A stretch of 64,000 bases of DNA from Candidatus Eiseniibacteriota bacterium (GTDB lineage Bacteria; Eisenbacteria; RBG-16-71-46; CAZAMP01): NCBI GenBank assembly GCA_965224245.1, contig OZ245046.1, positions 1,280,001-1,344,000 on the forward strand, given 5' to 3'. Positions within the stretch are counted from its first letter, which is position 1, and each line of letters opens with the position of its first letter. The position numbers and the translations under genes are program-made. Under the pieces are notes generated by a model. It was not told the DNA's origin, did no database searches, and was given only the letters and a program-made list of their open reading frames with translations. This document shows positions 38,555 through 47,280 of this stretch, piece by piece.

Positions 38555-39310
38555 ATGACGTGGGCGGCATCCCGGATCCGACCGGACGACGGCCGGCGGC
38601 CGTCGCCCGACCTCGATGGCGACGTCGTCCTGCGCCAGCTCCGACTCGCCGAGTGCCGCCGACGCAACGGCCCCGTGGAGGACGTCGCCCGGAGATCCAT
38701 CGCGCCGGAGGCGAAACCGGTGGCGATCTCCGACGTCCCGCGGCGTCCGGGGCATTCCGTGAACACGCGACACGTGTGCGACGGCCTCGACGAGGCCAGA
38801 GACCTAATGGCGGTCGGGGAAGCCGCGCTCCGTCGGATCGACGACATCCTGACCGAGATCAGCGTGAAGATCACACGCACGGCATCTGGCGTGACCGAGG
38901 TCGGCGAACGCGAGGCCGCCTCTGCGCAGCTGACCGCGATGGTCGCCGAGATCGACGCGATCTCCGCCGAGACGAGATTCGACGGGGTCGAGCTGTTGAC
39001 CGGTGGTACGGTGCTGGTGTTCGCGGTGCGAGGACGGACGATCGTCACGTATGCGACGAACGCGTTCGACGCGGCGAGCCTCGGCATCCGGATCGGGTCG
39101 CGCACGAACCGCGATGCGATCGATCCGGCCAGCGACCCGACGTGTCTGAACGAGGTCGAGACGGCCCGCGTGCGCGTTCACGAGGCCATGGCCTCGCTCC
39201 GCTCCGTGATCGATCGCATCGCCATCGAGGAGCGTCTGATCCCGACGACCGACGACGAGTCCCGGGTTGCGTTCAGCCGCGGTGAGGATGCGGCCCCGCT
39301 CGCGGGGTAG
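38555..39310 (+). CDS. Degenerate flagellin-like protein retaining D1 helices but lacking recognisable D0 ends
   Basis: MAVGEAALRRIDDIL..ASG....EREA....L..MVAEIDAISAETRFDGVELLTG aligns by eye to flagellin ND1; ASLRSVIDRI matches LGAVQNRL; ACGGAGG SD; follows fliW-csrA. Confidence 0.8.
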   Translation: MTWAASRIRPDDGRRPSPDLDGDVVLRQLRLAECRRRNGPVEDVARRSIAPEAKPVAISDVPRRPGHSVNTRHVCDGLDEARDLMAVGEAALRRIDDILTEISVKITRTASGVTEVGEREAASAQLTAMVAEIDAISAETRFDGVELLTGGTVLVFAVRGRTIVTYATNAFDAASLGIRIGSRTNRDAIDPASDPTCLNEVETARVRVHEAMASLRSVIDRIAIEERLIPTTDDESRVAFSRGEDAAPLAG

Positions 39311-39611
39311 AGCGAATCCGGCAGGCGCCGGGACCCGGACGGCTGGATCGCCGCGGTGCTGGCCCATGCCGGCCCGCTCGTGCGCGATACGTCGAAGCGG
39401 CGTGGTGGATGGCGAAGAGATCGGTCCGACCGGCCGAGAACGAGTGTGAGCCGGCGCGCGACCCGTCGACCCGAGTCGACGTCGCGAGGCCGCCGCTCTT
39501 CACAGGGTCGGCCATCCCCGATGACGCGGGGATCGCCGGAGGACGGATGGGTCCCGCACCCGCGATGCCAGCGGTGGTGCGGTCGTGAGTCGATGAGGGT
39601 GGAGGTGCATC

Positions 39612-39827
39612 GTGAGCACCGAGCACGACACGGCGTCCGGCGACGAGCTTCGGGTGGTGCCCGGCGGCGCGCCGCTCCCGGAGTCCGAGGAGAACCGATC
39701 GGACGAGGATGGTGTCCGGGCGCGCAAGGTCGCCGAGGCGCGGCTGAAGATCATGAACGCGTACTATTTGCGCGAGGACGTTCGACGAGAGCTCGCCGAG
39801 CGGCTGATCCTGGCGCTGGGCAGCTAG
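39612..39827 (+). CDS. flgM: FlgM-like anti-sigma28 factor
   Basis: GGAGG SD; disordered N-terminus plus VRARKVAEARLKIMNAYY...ELAERLI matching the FlgM C-terminal pattern. Confidence 0.65.
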   Translation: MSTEHDTASGDELRVVPGGAPLPESEENRSDEDGVRARKVAEARLKIMNAYYLREDVRRELAERLILALGS

Positions 39828-39888
39828 CCCCGGTCGGCCGGACGCCGACACGCATCCCTGGCCGCGCAACGGCTTGGGCCAGGCCCGG

Positions 39889-39917
39889 TTGAACCGATCC
39901 GGCTCGACTGGTAGGAT
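39889..39917 (+). promoter_or_regulatory. Sigma70 promoter (extended -10) of kinase/activator operon
   Basis: TTGAAC-N17-TAGGAT with TG at the extended -10 position. Confidence 0.6.
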
Positions 39918-39985
39918 GCCCGCCGCTTCGGGTTTGCGCAGCTCGCGAAACCCCCTCGCATCGTCCCCGAGCCGAGGAGAGTGGC

Positions 39986-41608
39986 GTGACGGGCTCGGTG
40001 AGCACGTCCGAGAGTGGTCCGTCGTTCCGGGACCGTCGCTCCCCATCCGCAGCCCCGCGCCGCGAGCCGCCGTCGCGGCTGGCGCTGTGCCGCGAGCTTC
40101 TCGTCGGCCTCCACGGTGCGAGCGGCTTCGTCCTCCTCACGTCCCGCGACACCCGCCGCCATCGGGTGTTCGATCACCTCGGCGTCACCCCCTCGGACGC
40201 CGACCGCATCGCGCGAGCGCTCGACGGCTCGGACGTCGTGGCACGCTGGCACCGCGATCGCTGGCCCGAGCCCGACGTCCTCGACGCGGGCGACGTGCTG
40301 ATGACCGACCCGGAGTCGCTCGTGTCACCGGGGAGCGTCGTGCCCCGCCTCGCGCTGCCGCTGGTCGCGGACGGCGAGGGCGTCGGCGTGCTCGTGTGGG
40401 AGTCGGACGTGCCCCCGATCGGATCGCCGGCGCGCCTGTCGGCGCTCCTCGCGGGGGCCGTCGTGGATGCGCGGCACGCCGCCGCCCTCCACACCGACAA
40501 CGAGCTCGCCCGCTCGCTCTTGCGCGAGGTGTCGGTGGGTCTGATCGCGATCGATCCCGTGGGACGCGTGACGTATCTGAACGCGGCCGGCGAGCGCATT
40601 CTGGGCGTGGCCGCGGGAGAGGCCGTCGGGGCCGATTCGCTGCGCGTGTTCCGCACGCTCGTCGACGGTGAGAACGTCCTGTTGGACGGTCTCGAGGCGG
40701 ACCTCCCGGGGATGGAGGTCTGGCTCCGGCGGGGCGACGGTCGCGAGATGCCGGTGAACCTCGAGATCTCCCCGATCCGCGACAGTAGCGGGGAGACGCT
40801 CGGCGCGGTGGGCACGTTCCAGGACTTCTCCGAGATGCGGAGCATGCAGGAGCGCCTCCGGCACCGCGATCGCCTGGCCACGATCGGGGAGCTCGCCGCC
40901 GGCATCGCGCACGAGATCGGAAACCCGCTGACCGGCATCCGGGGCTGCGCGCAGGTGCTGGGTCGGCGATTACCCGAGGGCGACGGGTCGCACGACCTCA
41001 TCTCGGCCATCCTGGAGGAGGTCGACCGCCTCGGTCGACTCTCCAAGCAGATCCGGCACTACGTGCGGCCGCGTCCTCCGGAGATGGCGCGCGGAGACGT
41101 GAGCACCGCCGTCGAGCGCGTGCTGACGATCGTCGAGCCGCGCCTGGACGAGCTGGGGATCTCGGTGCACTGGTCCCGACCCACGCTGCCCGAGATCTAC
41201 TTCGACCCGGACCAGATGCAGCAGGTGATCCACAATCTCGTCCAGAACGCGGTGGACGCGATGGCGGACGGGGGCGGACGGCTGGAGATCGGCGCGAAGC
41301 TCGTCACCCGCTCGGTGTCGGCCCCCCGCCGGGGGCGGCGGGCCACCGATCGCACGGCCGACGCCCCGCGACAGGCCGAGCGGGAGTACGTGCGGATCAC
41401 GGTATCCGACACGGGGCAGGGCATTCCGGCCGACGTCGTTGAGCGCGTCTTCAATCCGTTCTTCACCACGAAGTCCACCGGGCTGGGCCTGGGCCTCAGC
41501 ATCAGCCAGACCGTGGTGACCGAGCACGCCGGGTTCCTGTCGGTCGTGAGTCAGGCCGCGAAAGGGACGACGTTCACGCTGGATCTTCCGGTCGATAGGA
41601 GAGCGTAG
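39986..41608 (+). CDS. Cytoplasmic GAF-like/PAS sensor histidine kinase (NtrB/AtoS-like)
   Basis: PAS (GLIAIDPVGRVTYLNAAG), H-box AHEIGNPL, N-box NLVQNA, DTGQGI, FNPFFTTK, GLGLGL; no TM. Confidence 0.92.
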   Translation: MTGSVSTSESGPSFRDRRSPSAAPRREPPSRLALCRELLVGLHGASGFVLLTSRDTRRHRVFDHLGVTPSDADRIARALDGSDVVARWHRDRWPEPDVLDAGDVLMTDPESLVSPGSVVPRLALPLVADGEGVGVLVWESDVPPIGSPARLSALLAGAVVDARHAAALHTDNELARSLLREVSVGLIAIDPVGRVTYLNAAGERILGVAAGEAVGADSLRVFRTLVDGENVLLDGLEADLPGMEVWLRRGDGREMPVNLEISPIRDSSGETLGAVGTFQDFSEMRSMQERLRHRDRLATIGELAAGIAHEIGNPLTGIRGCAQVLGRRLPEGDGSHDLISAILEEVDRLGRLSKQIRHYVRPRPPEMARGDVSTAVERVLTIVEPRLDELGISVHWSRPTLPEIYFDPDQMQQVIHNLVQNAVDAMADGGGRLEIGAKLVTRSVSAPRRGRRATDRTADAPRQAEREYVRITVSDTGQGIPADVVERVFNPFFTTKSTGLGLGLSISQTVVTEHAGFLSVVSQAAKGTTFTLDLPVDRRA

Positions 41609-43074
41609 TGACACCCTCGTTCGATCCGTCTCGCTTCTCGATTCTCATCGTCGACGACGAGAAGAACATCCGCTTCTCGCTGACCGAGCGGTTCAAGGAC
41701 GAGTATGCCGCCGTGTACGCCGTCGCCAGCGGACACGAGGCGCTCGCGCTCCTGGAGAACGAGCCGATCGACGTGGTGCTCCTGGATCAGAAGCTCAAGG
41801 AGTCCGGTGAGCACGGGCTCGACGTGCTGGCGGAGATCAAGGCGCGTCACGAGCACGTGGTCGTCATCATCCTGACCGCGTTCGGGGAGTTCGGGCAGGC
41901 CATGCAGGCGGCCCGTCTCGGTTGCTACGAGTACCTCGCGAAGCCCCCCGACTTCGATCACCTGGGTCTGATCATGCGAAACGGGCTCGTCGCGGCCGAG
42001 CTCCAGCGGGAGGTCGCGCGGCTTCGTCAGTCCCAGCGCCGCCAGTACAAGGTCGAGCTGATTCAGGGCGCGGACTCCCCCATGAAGGACGTGCTCACGC
42101 TGACGCAGCGCGTGGCCCGCAGCTCGTCGATCGTGCTGATCCTCGGCGAGACCGGGGTGGGCAAGGAGCTGATCGCCCGGACCGTGCACTACCACAGCCC
42201 CCGATCTCACGGCCCCTTCGTCGAGGTGAACTGCAGCTCGATCCCCGAGACGCTGATCGAGTCGGAGCTGTTCGGTCACGAGAAGGGGGCGTTCACCGAT
42301 GCACGGCGCTCCAAGCCGGGTCTCTTCGAGGTGGCCGCCGGGGGCACGCTCTTCCTGGACGAGATCGGCGAGCTGCGTCTTCCGGTCCAGGCCAAGCTCC
42401 TCAGGGTCCTGGAGAACAAGACGTTCCGCCGGGTCGGCGGAACCGAGGACCGGACCGCCGACGTGCGGGTGGTCTGCGCGACGCATCGGAATCTGCGCGA
42501 GATGGTCGATGCCGAGGAGTTCCGCGAGGACCTGTTCTACCGGCTGTCCGCGATCGACATCCCGGTGCCGCCGCTGCGCGAGCGGGTGTCCGACATCCCG
42601 AACCTGGTCAAGCACTTCACCGATCTGTTCAACTCCGAGTTTCACCTGCGCGTGTCCGAGATCGCGCCGGACGCGATGGAGTGTCTGACGCGACACGCGT
42701 GGCCCGGAAACGTGCGCGAGCTCCGCAACGTGATCGAGCGCGTGATGCTGACCCTCGACGGGGACGTGATCACGCGAGACGATCTGCCCGACGCCGTGCG
42801 CGGCGCCGCACGGCACGAGCCTCCCGGACTCGCCGACCCGCTGGAGGGCGGCGGGCGCGACGCTCTCGCGACCTCGGACGGTGTCCCGACCCTCGCTCAG
42901 CTCGAGCGCTGGGGCATCGAGCGCGCGATGCGGGCGACCGGCGACAACAAGACGCGGGCGGCGGAGCTGCTGGGGATCTCCCGTCAGACCCTCCGGATGA
43001 AGCTCCGCGACTTCGACCGCGACGACGCAAAGGAGCGCGGCGCCGACGTCGGCGCCGACGCGCCGACGGCCTGA
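41608..43074 (+). CDS. Sigma54-dependent response regulator (REC-AAA+-Fis HTH)
   Basis: IVDDE, LLDQ, KP; GETGVGKE, ESELFGHEKGAFTDA, FLDEIG, FREDLFYRL, WPGNVREL, NKTRAAELLGISR. Confidence 0.95.
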   Translation: MTPSFDPSRFSILIVDDEKNIRFSLTERFKDEYAAVYAVASGHEALALLENEPIDVVLLDQKLKESGEHGLDVLAEIKARHEHVVVIILTAFGEFGQAMQAARLGCYEYLAKPPDFDHLGLIMRNGLVAAELQREVARLRQSQRRQYKVELIQGADSPMKDVLTLTQRVARSSSIVLILGETGVGKELIARTVHYHSPRSHGPFVEVNCSSIPETLIESELFGHEKGAFTDARRSKPGLFEVAAGGTLFLDEIGELRLPVQAKLLRVLENKTFRRVGGTEDRTADVRVVCATHRNLREMVDAEEFREDLFYRLSAIDIPVPPLRERVSDIPNLVKHFTDLFNSEFHLRVSEIAPDAMECLTRHAWPGNVRELRNVIERVMLTLDGDVITRDDLPDAVRGAARHEPPGLADPLEGGGRDALATSDGVPTLAQLERWGIERAMRATGDNKTRAAELLGISRQTLRMKLRDFDRDDAKERGADVGADAPTA

Positions 43075-43110
43075 GAGCCGCCCGACCCGACTCGTGATGT
43101 CCGACATGCC

Positions 43111-43126
43111 TGGCATACCGCTTGCT
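43111..43126 (+). promoter_or_regulatory. Sigma54 -24/-12 promoter upstream of pseudo-cheB/AMIN operon
   Basis: TGGCATACCGCTTGCT (GG-N10-GC). Confidence 0.7.
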
Positions 43127-43172
43127 CTCTCCATGTTGATGCGCCACCGAACGGAGGCGCTGATTGTCGACC

Positions 43173-43185
43173 TAAGGAATTGATT
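43173..43185 (-). promoter_or_regulatory. IHF-type binding site
   Basis: Minus strand AATCAATTCCTTA matches WATCAANNNNTTR in an AT-rich patch. Confidence 0.5.
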
Positions 43186-43296
43186 GTAAATAGGTTAGGT
43201 AGGGAAGGGCCGCCGGTGCCGCGGGTGTGACGCTCGTGGTGGCGGCTAGTTCCGGTGCGCTGGTGCGGCGGGCCGGACGGAGACGTGGGTGTGTTC

Positions 43297-44061
43297 ATGC
43301 CGGTGAACGACCTCGATACCCTGATCGTGGACGCGGACGACGAGCGAGCGGCCCGCCTCGTGGCGGCCCTCGGAGGGCGCGAGGGCGCGCCGGTGGTCGG
43401 TCAGGCGCGCGACGGGGGGACCGCGCTGCGGATGCTCGATCAGATCCGGGTCGGGGTCGTTCTGCTGGCGACGCGACTTCCCGAGCTCGACGGCCTCACC
43501 ACGCTTCGCCTTCTTCGACGGCGGAGCGGCGTTCCGGTGGTGGTGCTCGCGGATCCGGGCGACGTCGAGGCGGTGCTGGATGCGCTGGCCATGGGCGCGA
43601 ACGGCTACGTCGTCGCCTGCGATCTCGTCGAGGCGTCGTCGCCGGCCGGCGTGCTCCGCGCGATCGTGGAGCCGGCCGAGCCCTCGATCGCGGAGCGGGA
43701 CGAAATCGTGATCGTCAGCGTGAATCGGGGCGGATCCCCGCTGATTGCCGAGACGCTGTGCGGGCTCTCCGGTTCCCGCGACAAGGCGCTGTACCTGCTC
43801 GTCGACGGTCCGGAGTGGATCGTCGAGCCACTGGCCCGGCGTCTGCATCGGAGCACGCCGTGGCGATGCCTTCCCGCCGTCGATGGGGATCACCTCGTGC
43901 CGGGCCACGCGCTGGTCGCGAGCACGGCGCAGGGGCTTCGCGCGGCACCACGCGGGCGCCGGCTCAGGCTGTCCGCGGGCGTCGGCTGGTCGTGTCTCGG
44001 AGACGCGCTGGCGGAGCTGACCCACCCGATGACTCCCAAACCCATGCGAGGTGCAGCGTGA
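43297..44061 (+). CDS. CheB-like pseudo-receiver/pseudo-methylesterase
   Basis: REC fold (VVGQARDG, LPELDG) with phospho-Asp replaced by Ala; CheB-like C-terminus NRGG, VDGP, LARRL, DGDHLVPGHALVA; start uncertain (43285-43297). Confidence 0.65.
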   Translation: MPVNDLDTLIVDADDERAARLVAALGGREGAPVVGQARDGGTALRMLDQIRVGVVLLATRLPELDGLTTLRLLRRRSGVPVVVLADPGDVEAVLDALAMGANGYVVACDLVEASSPAGVLRAIVEPAEPSIAERDEIVIVSVNRGGSPLIAETLCGLSGSRDKALYLLVDGPEWIVEPLARRLHRSTPWRCLPAVDGDHLVPGHALVASTAQGLRAAPRGRRLRLSAGVGWSCLGDALAELTHPMTPKPMRGAA

Positions 44062-45683
44062 ACCCCAGGTCGCACGCGGAGCGCGCCCGGACGATCGGTG
44101 CGGCGTGCACGGTGGTCGCGGTCGCGATACTGGCGACGGCGCTCTCGCTCCCTTCCACCCAGGCGTCGGGCGGCGACGGGCGTCCGGGCGAGCGTCTCAC
44201 CGGCGTGCGCGTGGTCGAGCGGGCCACCAGCATCGCGGTCGAGCTGCCGATCACGTCGCTTCCGCGCATGATGGTGCTGGCCCGTCCCCATCGTCTGGTC
44301 ATCGACGTTCCGGTGGCATCGGGGTTGCCGGGTGCGCCCGAGCTGACGCGCTGGCGCGTGGACCGGTGGGGGGTGCGCGAGATCCGGACGAGTCAGTTCT
44401 CCCGGAATGCGGACGAGACGATCACGCGTCTCGTCCTCGAGATGGATCACCGCCCGAGGTGGGAGCTCGAGGGCGGGCCGCTCGGCTACGCCGTGCTCGT
44501 GGCCGCCGAGCCGGACGGCGAAGGTCCCCTCGTGTTCGGGGTCCTGCCGGCATTGCCGGAGTTCGCCGCGCCCGGGCCGCCCGACGAGCTGCCCGGAGAC
44601 GCCGCCTCGGAGGCCGCGGCCGGCGTCGGACGAACCGCCGGCGGCGAACGGTCAGACACCGCCGACGGGATCGACGCCACGGACGCAACCGATACCACCG
44701 GAGAACACACCGTCGACGCGGCGCCGGAGTCGGCCTTCCAGCACCGGCCCCTCTCGGACCGGCGCGCCGCCGAGCTGATCGCCGACGCGGAGGTGAAGCT
44801 GGCCGCGGCGAGCTATCGGGAGGGCCTCGAGAGCCTGGCTCGCGTGTTCACGAGCCATCCGAGCAGCCGCCATGTCGTTCGCGCGCGCACACTGGCGGCC
44901 GAGTTCGCCTGCGCGCTCCACTTCGGCGACGAGGCGGTGTCGCATCTCCTCGCTGCGTTCGCCGACACGACCGGGGCGGTCAGGTCGGCGCACGGGGCCG
45001 TCGTCGCCGCCGCGCAGGCGACGGGAGTCGTGGAGCCGATCGACTCGGTCCTGGCGCGCGGGGCGCGCCTGCTCGCGACGTGCCCGCTTCGCCCGGAGTC
45101 CTGGCACGCGCTGTCCGAGCTGCACACGATGGCCTCGCGGCGGCTCGGCCCGTCGCATCCGGCGGTCACCGACGTCGCATCGACTCTCGGGATCGCGCTC
45201 GCCGAGGCGGGGCAGTCGCTGGACCGGGCGCGCGAGCTCCTGATCCGGGGACTCGAGCGGACCTCCGATCCGGCACGGACGGCCGAGCTCCATCGCGGTC
45301 TCGGGCTCTGTCACGAGCATGCCGACGATCGACTGGCGGCGGCGGCGGAGCTCCTGATCGCCGCCCGGCTCACGGTGGCAAACGATCGGGACGCATCGCT
45401 GGCGCTACGGCTTCGTGCCGCGGACAACTACTACCGCGCCGACGCGCTCGAGCCCGCTACCGAGCAGTACCGGCTCGTGTCCGACCTCGAGGAGGTGGCC
45501 GACGAGCTGCGCTGCTGGGCGTTGTTTCAGCTGGGCAACTGCTACTACCGCGCCCGGCGGTTCGACCTCGCGGCCGAGACGTTCACCGCGGTCGAGGGTG
45601 CGTTTCCGAGCTCGTTCTGGGCCGACCAGGCCCGAACGCGACTCGCCGCCATCCGACGGACCGGCGTGACCATCGGGTCGTAG
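44058..45683 (+). CDS. Exported AMIN-domain and TPR protein
   Basis: Signal peptide, PHRLVIDVP, VREIRTSQFS, TRLVLEM, C-terminal TPR (ALFQLGNCYY..FPSSFWADQAR). Confidence 0.75.
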   Translation: MNPRSHAERARTIGAACTVVAVAILATALSLPSTQASGGDGRPGERLTGVRVVERATSIAVELPITSLPRMMVLARPHRLVIDVPVASGLPGAPELTRWRVDRWGVREIRTSQFSRNADETITRLVLEMDHRPRWELEGGPLGYAVLVAAEPDGEGPLVFGVLPALPEFAAPGPPDELPGDAASEAAAGVGRTAGGERSDTADGIDATDATDTTGEHTVDAAPESAFQHRPLSDRRAAELIADAEVKLAAASYREGLESLARVFTSHPSSRHVVRARTLAAEFACALHFGDEAVSHLLAAFADTTGAVRSAHGAVVAAAQATGVVEPIDSVLARGARLLATCPLRPESWHALSELHTMASRRLGPSHPAVTDVASTLGIALAEAGQSLDRARELLIRGLERTSDPARTAELHRGLGLCHEHADDRLAAAAELLIAARLTVANDRDASLALRLRAADNYYRADALEPATEQYRLVSDLEEVADELRCWALFQLGNCYYRARRFDLAAETFTAVEGAFPSSFWADQARTRLAAIRRTGVTIGS

Positions 45684-45979
45684 TCCGTCCGCGACCGCGC
45701 CGGGAGTTCCGGCTCTCGCCTCGTTGATCACCAGATTCTCCGTTTCGGGTGGGGTGCGGCCCCACGGCCCGCCGCCGATGGTGTGTCGGCCGACCGGTGG
45801 TCACGTCTTCGCCGGCGCGGCCGCACCGTCCGCACGAGACGGTTAGGAACTTGCCGCCACCTGCCGAGGAGGCCGCCGGCGATGCGACGGCCCGCCGGCG
45901 CCCCGGCCCACCGATCCCACGCCGTGACCCGGGGGGCGGCTGCCCGGCGAGTCAGCATGTGAAGCGACAACCTGCATCA

Positions 45980-45992
45980 CATCAATGAATTA
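45980..45992 (+). promoter_or_regulatory. IHF-type binding site upstream of fliA-operon sigma54 promoter
   Basis: cATCAATGAATTA; flank resembles the reverse complement of the 43173-43197 site. Confidence 0.4.
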
Positions 45993-46086
45993 CATGGAAC
46001 GTCGCGAAACTGCTCGAATGGGATGCGGCGTCGATGGGAGGCCGGGGAACTCGGTCGAGAGCGGTCAGCCCGGCAGACGCAGGCCG

Positions 46087-46102
46087 TGGCCCGCAAGTTG
46101 CT
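46087..46102 (+). promoter_or_regulatory. Sigma54 -24/-12 promoter upstream of small membrane gene and fliA
   Basis: TGGCCCGCAAGTTGCT (GG-N10-GC). Confidence 0.7.
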
Positions 46103-46161
46103 CTTTACGCGGGTCCCCGTCGAGGGGTGCTCCCGATCCCGATCCGAAGGAGACGACGCAC

Positions 46162-46446
46162 GTGAACACGACCAACGCCGCCGGCTCGAAGCTCACCGGC
46201 CCTCTCGTCGCACTCGTCGTCACATCGGTCGGTCACTCCAACGGTATCGGCACGCTGGCCTCGATCTTTCGTGCCGTCGCCACTGGCGTGATCGCGGCGG
46301 TTCTGGTGCACCTCGGGGGATTGGCCGTCGTCGCGACACGGCGCTCGCCGCGTGGCCTCGACGGCACGCGTGCGCGTGGCACACGGACGAACGGCACGCG
46401 CGGGCACGACGACGGCGCGCGCGAAGCGGTCGGCAGGGCAGCCTGA
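46162..46446 (+). CDS. Small membrane protein, 94 aa
   Basis: AAGGAG SD before GTG46162; two hydrophobic segments and basic tail; 19 bp before fliA. Confidence 0.55.
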   Translation: MNTTNAAGSKLTGPLVALVVTSVGHSNGIGTLASIFRAVATGVIAAVLVHLGGLAVVATRRSPRGLDGTRARGTRTNGTRGHDDGAREAVGRAA

Positions 46447-46465
46447 GGAACGGGGGAGAGCGTTC

Positions 46466-47245
46466 ATGACAGCGCGGAAAGTGGCAAACGCACAGGTCGA
46501 GGAAGCACCGGCGAGGCCGGTTCGTGAGATGTCGAAGGAAGAAGCCCTCAAGAAGTACGCGCCCCTGGTCAAGTACGTCGTGGATCGGATCGCGACCGGG
46601 CTGCCCAAGACGATCGAGCGAGACGACCTGGTCAACACCGCGGTAATCGGGCTGTTCGATGCGATGGAGAAGTTCGACGAGGGGCGCGGCACCAAGTTCG
46701 AGACGTACGCGGTCTGGCGCATTCGCGGCGCGGTGCTCGACGAGCTCCGGTCGCTCGACTGGGTCTCGCGCAGCGTGCGCAAGAAGGCAAAGGAGGTCGA
46801 GCAGGCGGCCCGCCGCCTGGACCAGCGCCTGGGCCGCGCGGCCAGTGACCACGAGGTGGCCGACGAGCTGAACCTGTCGGCGGGCGACTTCAACCGGCTG
46901 CTGGAGGAGGTGCGAGGCTCGATGCTGCTCTCGCTCGACCAGTCCTTCAGCGTGGACGACGACCACGACGTGTCCGGTCTCGCCGACATGATCGAGGACG
47001 ACAAGGCAGCCGACGTCCTCGGCGACATCGAGCTGGAGCAGGCCCGCGACATCCTCCTCGACGCGATCAACAAGACGAGCGACCAGGAGAAGCTCGTGAT
47101 CGCCCTCTACTACTACGAGGAGATGACGCTCAAGGAGATCGGCGAGGCACTTCAGATCTCCGAGTCGCGGGTATCGCAGATCCACACCAAGGCCATCGTC
47201 CGACTGAAGAACCGGATGCGACGGGTCATGAAGGAGCAGGCGTAG
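46466..47245 (+). CDS. fliA: RNA polymerase sigma28 factor FliA/WhiG/SigD
   Basis: YAPLVKYV, KFETYAVWRIRGAVLDELRSLDWVSRSVR, LYYYEEMTLKEIG, SESRVSQIH. Confidence 0.96.
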   Translation: MTARKVANAQVEEAPARPVREMSKEEALKKYAPLVKYVVDRIATGLPKTIERDDLVNTAVIGLFDAMEKFDEGRGTKFETYAVWRIRGAVLDELRSLDWVSRSVRKKAKEVEQAARRLDQRLGRAASDHEVADELNLSAGDFNRLLEEVRGSMLLSLDQSFSVDDDHDVSGLADMIEDDKAADVLGDIELEQARDILLDAINKTSDQEKLVIALYYYEEMTLKEIGEALQISESRVSQIHTKAIVRLKNRMRRVMKEQA

Positions 47246-47280
47246 CTCCGGCGTTCCGAGCCGGCAGCCCCGCGAGAGGA

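Noticed and set aside
39497-39524. Sigma28 promoter for flgM (CCCGATGA)
   Set aside because: No TAAA-like -35 at 15-16 bp spacing
42280-42305. GAFTDA instead of GAFTGA as a sign of a sigma54-independent activator
   Set aside because: GAFTDA is a common variant and sigma54 promoters are present nearby
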